Positions 10,201 to 20,819 of a stretch of 64,000 nucleotides of DNA are shown here, one piece after another. A program made the position numbers and the translations under genes. A model generated the notes under the pieces. That model was not told the origin of the DNA and searched no databases. It saw only the letters and a program-made list of their open reading frames with translations. The stretch is from Zygnema circumcarinatum SAG 698-1b (taxonomy: Eukaryota; Plantae; Zygnematophyceae), in contig CM074805.1 of assembly GCA_037447605.1 (NCBI GenBank), positions 2,885,361 through 2,949,360 on the forward strand, given 5' to 3'. The stretch's first letter is position 1, and every line of letters starts with the position of its first letter.

Positions 10201-13052
10201 AAAGCCGTAGGTTTGGGAAGGAGGGGAGCGATTAGGAAGGGGGAGGGGGGAATTGCAAATGGAAGTGTAGGACCCCGGTGTGTGAAGATGGTGAAGAAAT
10301 CAAAATGCGAGGGAGTGCAGGAAGGAGGTTGAGAGGGGAAATTCGAGGCGCAAGGGGAGTAGGTACCCGACGACACAGAAGGATAGAACTGCAATCGAGC
10401 GAATGGGAGTGAAAGGGAAGAAAAAGAGAAAGGAAAGAAGGTGAGAGAGAGGCAGAAAGGAGGACGGAATGAGAGGAGGAATGGCATAGGGAGAGTAGGA
10501 AAGTGAGAGGGGCGGAGCAGCAGCCCTCTAGCCGTATCCTTCTCTCGAGCACGCTTTGCTGTCATGGTCATTCGCTTTTGTTCCAACATTCCCTTGTTTC
10601 GTCTCCTTCTCCTCGCCTTTCTTTTTAATTTCCGCATCGTCCAGCAATCGCTGCTTTGTGTCCACGATGCTGCACACAGTTCTGTTTTCTGGAACTCAAT
10701 CCTCACGGGTGTGTGCGTGTGCACTTGCTTCACAAACCATGCAGGATATTATTGTTCTCTGTTTTGGCTATTTTGGATGAAAAGGTGCAGGTGCGTACGC
10801 AAACGAGGTGGCCTCAAGCACGCCTTCGTCCTGGAGTGGCAGAGAGTAAACTTCTGTCGGTCTGGCCGAGGACAAACTAGAATGGAATCACAGACTTTAT
10901 GCAGCCTGTCAAAAAACTGCAAGTAATGCATGCTTGATTAATCACGGAATATTCACTGACTAACACATGGCAAATTAGTTCTCCTTTTCTCGGGATAAAA
11001 AAAGAAGAATGGGTGCCTAATGACTTCATGAACTTGTTAATTTTCTTTTTTTATGTGGAACGCAGTGGTGTGGCTTTTTGGACCCAGTATTCGCTTGAGC
11101 ACCATTTCAAGATACTCGTAGAAAATTGTAGCTGTGAATGTGACTGCATTGAATTCGGTGGTTACGAGTACTGCTGCTATTTCTTCACATGTATGCCACG
11201 TTTCGTAGTGCAGGATTGGCTTGAATGAGAAATGGAGGCCATGATTGAGTTCAGTTCAAACCAATGAATGACTTGCAATCGCTTGAAGGATGAAACTGAT
11301 CAGATAATGACGCCATTCACAAAGGCCTTCTTCAAGCAGGCCCAAAGGCAACCCCAATTCTGCGTGGGCATGTTCATGAGCGGAGGCTGTCTGGTGTGCA
11401 CACTTGGGACAGTCTTGCACTCGCCGTTTAGCCGGAGGGAAATGACCATGTCATGGGTGCATGTGACGTGTGTGAACATTCTTTGATCGCTGAACAGACC
11501 CAACATTCGTGAGACTAGTATGCACTAAGTGAACAAAACCTAGCTCAGTTCAAACACTTAATATATGCTAGACCAACACAGAACTGTGAAATGCAGCTCA
11601 GCAGATGTTCTGGGTTTTATCGTCCATCTTCGTGGAGAGAAGAGTCAGGCGCGTTAAGTTGTTACTGTTGTGTGTGGGAGACGTGAGAGCCGACCATTTG
11701 CAACAAGTCTCCACCGCGCAAGTTCCTCATAAGTTCACACCTTATTATTCTAGGAATCAATATTCTTGCAGTATGAATCCATGAGTATCCTTTTGCTGTA
11801 AGCGTTGTATTAGCTTATATCGCAGTCACTTCGACGCCAATATGCGCAACGCTTTCAAAACGTTTATAAAGTGAACTCACCCCAGCAATCGCGAAGCAAA
11901 GGGGTTGGTGGAAAGGCTTCTTTAACTGCGGAACACGGGATGTGCTTAGGTTGATGTCGTTGAGTGGATATTTAGACAGATCATTGGTTCAAGTTCATAG
12001 TTTGAGATGACGTCAAATACAAATAGAACACGTTCAACGTCAACGCCCTTACCTGTTTGCGGGTCTTTCTGATTGATTGAGCGGAATTGACATTTTGCTT
12101 AAACTTGATTCAAATGTCTAAGATTTAGGTAACTATTATAGGGTTAACTGGAGCTAAACGAAAATGTAATAAGCAAACTGCAGAGTGCAGGGTCATTCTC
12201 TACACTTGCATTGTACATTCTGCACGCAAAGTGCAAAGCAGGTGCAGAGTGCATTCGTTACATTGCGCATTGCGCATTTCGCATTTGCATTGAGGGTGCA
12301 ATGCAGGATGCAAATCGAGACACCCAAATGACGACGATTGAAAAGATGTGGCATTGATCTCACGATGGCGATGATGCCATCCAATGTACATGCACAAAAT
12401 CAGCATGGGGAACCACGAGGAACTGATCGCAAGAAAAGAGCTATGCCGACGGCCTCCGACGCGGCCTCCCTGCGTCGCGCAACGGCGAGAGGCGGCACGC
12501 GGGCGGGCAGGGACTGTACGGCCGCCCGCCCGCCCGTCGGTCGCTCGTCGTCCCGTCCGCCATGGCTAGGCATAGCTAGGCCTAGGCCTGACCGTGATGA
12601 CCATACCGTACTTGCGCCGACCATTCGTACACATCGAACTTTCGGAGAGTGGCAGGTCCTCTCCGGTCCCGCGCGCTAAAGAACGCGCTTTGCCGCCCGG
12701 CTGGCGTACGGCGGGGCGCGGGCGGAGGTCCCATGAGAGGGCCGGGCGGTCCACACAGCCTGTGCTGCCACGTGGACGGTCGCGTTCGGCATCACAGCCG
12801 CCAATTGGCCCACGCGCCAACTTGGAACTCGTTCGCTCTGTCGTCCTTTTCCCCGCCCGCCCGTCGTCGGATCGGTTCACACGCGGCGCCTTCCCGCGCC
12901 TGCACGGGTCTTGAAAAGTCCGAAGTTCGCCTGTTCACACTAAACCCCCCGAACCTGCTCGCTGTTTACCCTCCGCATGTTCCCTAAACTCCCCGAAGCC
13001 GTTCACACTTTGCGTACCGTACCTTGTCCGAAAAGTGTCCATGATTTTATAT

Positions 13053-13360
13053 GGGTAGTGCTAAATTCACACCTTTTCTGTCTAGAGGACTCTAGACACA
13101 GACCTTTTTTCGCCGGGCAGATTTTAAAATAGACAAAAAAAAGCATTAAAAACGGAAAAATGCTTTTTTCACACCTTTTGGAATCGATACACACCTTTTT
13201 CCGACGGGCAGATTTACCCCTGATTTTTTTTTTGAGAGAAAAAGATATTGGCCTGCCCGAATCCGCTCGGAGCGGAAGATCCGTTCGGCACGAGATCGGT
13301 CACCGATGTCCGTCCTTAACACGTGCGTTCAATCTCTGAGGTGTGAATTTAGCAGTAAAC
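13053..13360. mobile_element. Degenerate or deleted copy of the GGGTAGTG-terminal foldback element
   Basis: Begins GGGTAGTGCTAAATTCACACC and follows the left arm of the 13729 element (CACACCTTTTGGAATCGATAC, GCCTGCCCGAATCCGCTCGGAGCGGAAGATCCG). It ends in a degenerate inverted copy, GGTGTGAATTTAGCAGTAAAC. Confidence 0.65.
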
Positions 13361-13728
13361 TATAATTAATGAGAAGTAACTCACACACCCTTTTAGCTAG
13401 GTACACACCTTTTTCGCCGGTCAGATTTTAGGATTTTTTTGTTTTAATTTAACCAGAAAGGTGTGTATCTAGTCAAAAAAACTGCGGAAATAGTATATTC
13501 CTATAAAACGGCCTGATTTCTCGAAGTTTTGAATTGGAATTCTAATACCGAACAGGTTGATCGGCTCTTGGGAAGAGTCGTACGGCAAAAACGGCGCTCG
13601 GGTTAAAACAGCAACCAGATCCCTCGAATCGCACGGAACCAACGTGGCAAAAATTGGAATCCACAGCATTCGTCCGTACTGACAGTATACTTGTCCGTAC
13701 CAATTAAAAATTATTTGGGTTTTATATT

Positions 13729-14666
13729 GGGTAGTGATATTTCCACCCCTTTTTTGGATCCAAACACCCCTTCCCGGCCGGGCAGATTTCAAAAGGATTA
13801 AAAACGGAAAATGCTTTTTTCACACCTTTTTGGAATCGATACCCACCTTCTTCCGTCGGCTGATTTTATTTTTGCTAACCAAGCAAATGATACTCCGTCA
13901 CTGCATTTTGAATACTGTATCCCGCCTCCCTGAATTTTTTTTTGAGGAAAAGAAATATCTGCCTGCCCGAATCCGCTCGGAGCGGAAGATCCGTCCGCCA
14001 AGAGATCGTTCGCGGGTGTCCGTCCTTCACACGTGTATGTCAATCGCAGCTGTCGATTCCCTCGCAGATCGCACCACTGCAGATCACCGTTCGGTCTGCA
14101 GCCGGGCTCGATCTCAGCGAATGGAAAGCGCCCACGAGTCCCGTCAAAGCCAGATCGCACGTGCGAGTGCGCGCGTTCCCTCGGCCCGAGATCTCGTTCA
14201 TTGTCAGCTATCAACCAATCAACATTTGCCACGTGTTACATTTTTGACGTGGAATTTTTTTATTGGTCTCAATGTACGAAATTGTGGGTTTCTCAAGTTG
14301 CGACCGTACGAAATTTGTACGAAAATATTTTTGAGACGACTTTGGCGGGATACGTGGGCACGTTCCATTCGCTGTGACCGAGCCCGGCTGCAGATCAAAT
14401 AGTGATCTGCCGTGTTGCGATCTGCGAGGGAATCGACGGCTGCGATTGACCGCACGCGTGAAAAAAATTCAGGTAGGTGGGATATTCAAAATGGGGTGAC
14501 GGGTTATCATTTTCCTTGTTTCGCAAAAATAAAATCTGCCGATGGAGGGTGGGTATCGATTCCAAAAAGGTGTGAAAAAGCATTTTCCGTTTTTAATCCT
14601 TTTTGAAATCTGCCCGGCCGGGAAGGGGTGTTTGGATCCAAAAAAGGGGTGGAAATATCACTACCC
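13729..14666. mobile_element. Non-autonomous foldback DNA transposon with long TIRs, GG termini and an 8-bp TSD
   Basis: The termini GGGTAGTGATATTTCCACCCC...GGGGTGGAAATATCACTACCC start inverted arms of over 200 bp, and a second inverted pair lies inside (about 14035-14150 versus 14340-14460). Flanks TTTATATT / TTGATATT match at 7 of 8 positions. Confidence 0.85.
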
Positions 14667-14839
14667 TTGATATTAGGAAAATGCTATTTACACGTTATAA
14701 AAGTACGATTTTAAAATTACTTTTATTAGTTTTTCTTTTTTCTTATTAGTTTTATCGGTGACCTTCGCGGCTGCTTCTAGGCTGCGTTGTTGAGCGTTAG
14801 GCGTAGTTTTCCGCTCCTAGCTTTTTTCTGTTGTCATTA

Positions 14840-14996
14840 GGGGGTGTCAGACTTAACAAAATCTTACGAAAAGCGTTACGAAAAAAAAGGTTACGAAAGT
14901 ACTCCGCCGCAGAAGGATCGCGATTATACTGGAGTACTCGTTCTGATGTCAAACTTACGAACACGCGTACTGAATTTTTTTAAGTCTGACACGCCC
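14840..14996 (+). mobile_element. MITE 'A' (157 bp), TA-flanked
   Basis: TIR GGGGGTGTCAGACTT / AAGTCTGACACGCCC, flanked by TA. A near-identical inverted copy is at 15585-15741. Confidence 0.85.
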
Positions 14997-15001
14997 TATT
15001 A

Positions 15002-15578
15002 GGGCGTGTCAGACTTAACAAAATGTTACGAATATCGAGTTTTTAGTATTACGAGAATCGAGGTTACTAAGTACTAAAAATCATCGCGCCCCCGAACCTA
15101 AACCGAACCGAACGGAAGTCAACTGTACTAAGTCGACGGGTCAACGTTGCGAAGATTGACCCGTGGGGTTTACTGAAATTGCATTTCTTCGCACGATTTT
15201 GTTCGCACCCAAAAGAGGCGCCGAAATGGACGTGCGAAGAAAATACTGGCGAAAATCGCGTCAACGTGACGTCATGGTTGTTTTCCCGGCTTCCCGCCCG
15301 CGCCCGCGCCCGCTCGTGACGCGCAACACGACACAACGACAAGCGGTCTCCGCGCGCCGCGCCGGCGCTGTTTCTAAGTCTAAGGGCCCCGCGCGAGGGC
15401 GAAGTTGCGAAGACGGCGTTTGGAGAAGTGCGAAGACGGCGATCGCGGAGTGCGAACAGGACCGCGCCGCGAGTGCGAAAAACTAGGCTCGGGAATTTGA
15501 GTTTTACTGACGTTGACTCGAAATGTTACGAATATCGAGTTTTTAGTATTACGAGAATTTTTTAAGTCTGACACGCCC
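15002..15578 (+). mobile_element. MITE 'B' (577 bp), TA-flanked
   Basis: TIR GGGCGTGTCAGACTTAA / TTAAGTCTGACACGCCC. Near-identical copies are at 58221-58782 (inverted) and 59064-59478 (truncated). Confidence 0.88.
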
Positions 15579-15584
15579 TAATTA

Positions 15585-15741
15585 GGGGGTGTCAGACTTC
15601 AAAAAATTCAGTACGCGTGTTCGTAAGTTTGACATCAGAACGAGTACTCCAGTATAATCGCGATCCTCCTGCGGCGGAGTACTTTCGTAACCTTTTTTTT
15701 CGTAACGCTTTTCGTAAGATTTTGTTAAGTCTGACACCCCC
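15585..15741 (-). mobile_element. MITE 'A' second copy (157 bp), inverted
   Basis: Reverse complement of 14840-14996 with few differences, TA on both sides. Confidence 0.85.
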
Positions 15742-15972
15742 TATTAGGTCCTTTGCGACCAGTTCCTTGTGGTTACCCATGCTAACTTCGTCCATGTACA
15801 TTTGTGGCCTCGCCATCGTGAGATCAATGCCACTCCCATCCGAAATCCCCTTTCACAGTGAAAATTTATAAACTCCGTACAGCCGGCCATCCCTACTCAC
15901 CGACTGCGCCCCTCCGACTGCGCCCCTCCGACTGCGGTAGCTGGGTTGACGTCGGCGTCGCGAGCAGCCGTG

Positions 15973-15976
<4 letters not shown>

Positions 15977-16048
<72 letters not shown>
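15977..16048. repeat. (ATGGGC)n hexanucleotide microsatellite, about 12 units
   Basis: Read directly. A (GCAG)n tract follows at about 16105-16140. Confidence 0.95.
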
Positions 16049-16103
16049 CAAATGCCCTCCGCTGGCGCCACAAGGCAGTGCCCTGACTACGGACTACTCC
16101 CTC

Positions 16104-16139
<36 letters not shown>

Positions 16140-16256
16140 CACAGTCCAAACCCCGACTCGCCTCTGCGCCTGCAGGTGGGAGGCCCGACCTGCCAGAGAG
16201 GCGGCTGGCAGAAAGCGCGGAACTTGCCAATTTGCCGGGAATTGCACAGTCTGGAA

Positions 16257-17610
16257 ATGCCAGCGCGCGTATTCAGCCTGCAGGATGAGTTCGCCGAATG
16301 GAGCTCCAGCAAAGTGGGCGAGGTGCTGGAGCAAAATGTGGAGAAATTCTACGCTTTTGGCTCCAACCTCGGGTTCCGATCCGCGGAGTTTGTGCGGCGC
16401 TACATCGACTGGCGCTCCCTGGAAGTGGAGCATTTAAGACCGTGGACAGGCCTGCCTCCCGCAGGCCTACTCGTTCAGTGCCTGCTTGGTGGTGCTTCTT
16501 CTCACTCGAGCCAGTTTTTCTGCCGATTGGACCGTCTACAGAAAGTTCATCTGGTAATGGAGCTCTGCCACGGAGGGGAGGTGTTCGACCGCATTCAGGA
16601 GCGTCGGCGGTATGCTGCTACACCCGCGGCATCATTCTCTGAGACATAAAGCCGGAGAACATGCTGCTCGTCACGAGCCAATCCGACCCTGACGTCAAAC
16701 TCGCGAACTTCGGGCTCTGCATCGTCTTTTGCTCAGGTGAGCCTCAATATGGTTTGCATGAATTTCACTCTTGTCCATGTTCACAGTGAAGTAGGGCGGT
16801 CACGCCTGACTCTAAAGAGGTGGGTGGTTTTATGCAGAGAAAGTGAGCTTGCCGTTTAGCACTAATGCCTATCAAAAAGTATCCTTGTGCTTACTGGCGT
16901 TGGCTCAGTAGGGTTTAACCTGTGAAGACGGCTTGGCAGGGCGCAAGATGGAGAGGCGATGTGGCAGCGCATTGTACATCGCCCCTGAGGTTGTGGAGCA
17001 GCGCGACGGCCCCGAGGCCGGCCTCTGGAGTCTGGGCGTCGTGCGTCACATCCTCCTCAGCGGCTCTCCGCCGTTACCCGGCCGCAGCCAGGAGGCCACC
17101 TTCGGGAGGATTAGGGCTGGACATGGAAAAAGTCATCTGGAAGAGCATATCGCCGGAGGCGAAGGACCTCGTCAGCAGACCCCTATGCCTGGATCCGTAG
17201 GTCCACATCACTGCCGGCCAAGCATGAAAAAAATAAAAATAAGGCCGTTCTATGACTATTCGCCTATTAGCCAGTCGAGATGGTTCAGAGTCTGAACTTG
17301 TACCATATCCTAAAATCAAATGTCCTTGGGTCAGTTGGTCGAAGCCCTCATCATCCAACGCATGCTTGGTGAAATGATTTAAGCTCAACCAACCTCGTTG
17401 CTGTTTCCTGCAGGACACCCATGGATGTTGCAGGCCTGCCACGGTCAATACAGGCTGCGAGATCCTCTATTAATGTTGTATCTGTCGTCGTCGCTCAAGC
17501 ACGTGAAACTCAACGAACAAGCAGCCCCTCCAAACCGAGAAGATCAAGCAAAGCTTATCTGCCGAGCAGACCGACCTCGCCCTTACTGTAACTCAGGAAA
17601 CCTCTGCTGA
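16257..17610 (+). pseudogene. Pseudogene of a CDPK-superfamily (PEPKR-like) Ser/Thr kinase
   Basis: Kinase remnants VEKFYAFGSNLG, KVHLVMELCHGGEVFDRIQERRRY, IL*DIKPENMLL (TGA at 16640 replaces the HRD Arg), VKLANFG (DFG lost), GSALYIAPEV, WSLGV, a frameshift near 17120, SISPEAKDLV...LDP* and GHPWM. There is a deletion between subdomains V and VIb; introns are retained. Confidence 0.85.
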
Positions 17611-18090
17611 TGCCCGCGCACTCCTGCCTGCCTCCACTCTAAGCAAATGTGGACACCAGTTCTTCTAGTTCCGTCTCCTAACGCCTGTAACGGAGATGCA
17701 GTTTGAGCACAGCAGAGATGAAACCACGAATGTGGAAAGGCCGAAGCAGAGTTCGACGTGCACCACAGTTTCTCAAAGCATTCTGACGAAGATGCAAAGC
17801 CGATTTTGAAGCTACTGATCAAGAAGTGGAGATCAGGTGGTGGATATGGACAAGCCATAGAATGTGCTAGTGCTGAATTGCAACTTTATTTGGGAGCTGC
17901 AAGGATTGCAGTGTCCTTTCGCAGCGTCTTGGTCTTGTAAATTGATGAACTGGTCCAAGTTGTAGCGACCACGATAGCATCTGAGGTAGAAGCCTCCCTT
18001 TCAGAATTTTCAGAATTTTCTTCGCTTTAATTTTGGTCCAGCAAGAAGGATTGTCTGGAAAGCAGCGAAACCTGAGAGGTAAACATGGGG

Positions 18091-18380
18091 GAGGAGAAGG
18101 GGGGGAGAGGCCGGGGGGAACACGAAAACGAACAGGTTCACTGAGCCCATCTTGAATGTGCCGTACAGCAGCATGGAGGAGCAGTACGTGCTGGGCGAGC
18201 GGCTAGGGGCGGGCATGGCGGGCGTGGTGCACAGCTGCGTGGCGAAGAAGACGGGCGAGCGGCCATGCGCTGCGCCGCCGACGTGCGCCGTGATGTGCGT
18301 GCCGTGCTCGAGGACCAACAGATGCCGCCTCGGGGTGGGAGGGTGTGAGGTCCGAGGGAGACAAAGAGAGAGTAGTAGGA
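18091..18380 (+). pseudogene. Inverted partial duplicate of exon 1 and the intron 1 start of the kinase gene at 20.8-22.8 kb
   Basis: About 180 bp highly similar to the reverse complement of 22430-22597 (AACAGGTTCACTGA..CATCTTGAATGTGCCGTACAGCAGCAT.GAGGAGCAGTACGTGCTGGGCGAGCGGCTAGGGGCGGGCATGGCGGGCGTGGTGCACAGCTGCGTGGCG). Two internal deletions follow, then GA-rich sequence resembling the parent intron. Confidence 0.85.
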
Positions 18381-20819
18381 GAGGGAGGGCGGGAGAGGGG
18401 ATTCCCATCCCCAGCCCCATGCTTAACAAAGCAATTACAATGCTGGTTATCTGTTGGAGAAATACACCTTCATCAAGTAACTCTCACAGCCCACGTGCGA
18501 AATTTCAAGAAGCACCTTGAACTTGATCGTGTGTGTTATCGTTCAGGAGACTGCCAAATTATGACGAGGCCCTCAACGGACAGGACGCAACTCACCCCAG
18601 CTGCAGGAGATGGTTACGGAAGTTTTGTAGAATGCAAATAATGCGGCCAATTCGGAGGTGGGGCTTGCCGTTCACTCAAATACGCTCTGGCGCCCCAAAG
18701 TGCACCAAGATTCGCAAAACCTGCACCACATGACTATGCGAGAAGTTGATAAAGGGGCAAACATCGCCATTTCTTTAACCGAGGCCCACATCGCTTCCCT
18801 TATCCGCTGGCGACTCATGTCTATTCACTCGTTTCTCTTTGAGCTTTGGCAGTACTACCTGTACATATATTGGAGCGAATATTGTTTTTGTAGCAGTTCC
18901 TATATCTGAAATTCAAAATCCGTAGGTCAACCGAGTGCTCCTTCAAGGCGTTGCTTGCCAACAATCTTAGAGAATAATGAAGAGAATATTGCAGTCATGG
19001 CATGCTTGCAAGTTGCAACAGTATGTGATGTGGTAATTGACTGATGATAATTGATGATGAATTAATTGATGTGATAATTAAGTGTTTGAACGCAATAAAA
19101 AATGCAAGTGAAGTTAAGCCGGAGATCCTAAGTATCGATCCTCCAGTTTCGGACAAGACCTGATTACTGCTTGAATGTTGATTGTATGAATACATTGATT
19201 ACATATTAGGGAATGTCAGACAAAAAACGTCAGTATGGCAACCCCTATTATGGTTCTGTATATAAATTGTCTACCTTACTCGTATCTCGGTCCCGGGTTG
19301 GTCACCGGTAGTTTCGTAAAGCGGCTGCCTCCTGTGCCAACTGCGAACCAAACTTCGTAACATGTAACAATGGTGGTGTTTTTGTATGATTTGTTGCACC
19401 GAGCTTGACTCGCCTCTTCTCGTAGGACAAGCGCAGCGGCCGATAGACGGCCTGTGCTTGAAAAGGGCTTTCATCTTGGGTTGGTTTCTGCTGTCCGGCG
19501 AGCTAAACCTAAAGCAACTTCGCTTGTTACCTTCCTGCTTAAGGCTAGTGATGGAAAAAAAAAAAGCCTTCCTCGCGAGCTCTCACAAATTTTGGAAAAC
19601 GTGGGTTCTGTCAGCAAATCCAAAGCCTAGTGGGCTGGACATGATGACAACCGACCTCCGTCTCCACCGCCTTCGGGTTCGGCTGCAGCTTCATGGTGCG
19701 CCCTTGAGCAGCGCTTCTCTACCAGCCACCTCATGCCTCTCTACCACCACCTGCATGGCTTCCTCCAGCGCTTGGGCAGGCCCAGGAATCCATGGCGCCT
19801 CCTGCTCTCAATCCACCGCAGGAAAAACGAAGGGGGGGTGCTCTTTTCAAGGGGGCTGCCACGCTGGACCTTTCACAGGCTACCACGTGACAGTTATGCA
19901 CAAGTGGCAGCCCAGGGTACCTCCAGTGCGTGAACATCCTGACATTTTCTCTCTCTTTCTCTCGCTCTCTCTCTCCCTCTCCACCATCCCCATCCATGTC
20001 TCGTTCCAATATAAATGTTTACATCAGTGTGCATAGAAACTAAGTCGACAATTGATTGAATGAATGACTTTTAGTATACACGAGTAGGATTAGTTCACCG
20101 GCCCTTCGTACAGAACGGGTTCCAAAGTGATCAACCCCAACAGCCGACGATGGCTAAAAAAAGAATGGTTATGATACTCTTCCACCAGCGCTAACTCCTC
20201 TGGTTATTCGGTTTTTTGCCAGCAGATTTCTACATTCCGCTTATCTTCTCCAAATGAAGATTGGACGAATTTATGATCAGCAAAAAATTGCTGCCCTGCA
20301 GTTGCATGTATTCCTTCAACTGAACTAGACCTAAACTTATTCAACAGTGGTTTTGGATATCCCTGAGTGCTAGTCGGGAAGTTGACCATTCGTCCCGACT
20401 ACCAGAAGTCGTCGTAGGAGTGGAAGGCGGTAAGGAGTGGAACACGCAGTCAGTGATTTCGAGAAGATTTATAGACATGGCAGGGAGGCTGCAAGGAGCC
20501 GTTCCAGAAGCTCCTCAGAAAGAACAAAGAACGTTCCTTCTTTGTGCCTGTGTTTCGGCAGATCGTTCTGTGTGATCGAATGCTGGAAGTTGAACTTCAC
20601 TTGATATCATGTTGCAGCAAAAGTCTTTCTATGTTGCTATAGCCTGCAGAGAAGCCAAAATAGAGACGACTTAATGACATGTTCTTGCAGTTGACAGCTG
20701 ACGACAAAATGCAAAGTCAACTCCTATTAAACAAGCGACCAAGAAGGAGGATACAGACAGGAGGGGAACTAGCCTCCTTGCCAAACAATTTCACCCACGT
20801 ACCCTATGAATCAACGGGC

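Noticed and set aside
9885-10733. 282-aa minus-strand ORF with a basic patch
   Set aside because: It is mostly low-complexity translation of purine/pyrimidine tracts and the CpG island, with no domain.
15853-16288. MGMGMG, MPMPMP, WAWAWA and CPCPCP ORFs
   Set aside because: All are frames of the (ATGGGC)n microsatellite and have no coding support.
20341-20514. Minus-strand reading ending RLALRDIQN (D-box-like) as a possible extra kinase exon
   Set aside because: The frame is closed upstream by TGA and I found no convincing acceptor in the right phase. Transcript data would be needed.
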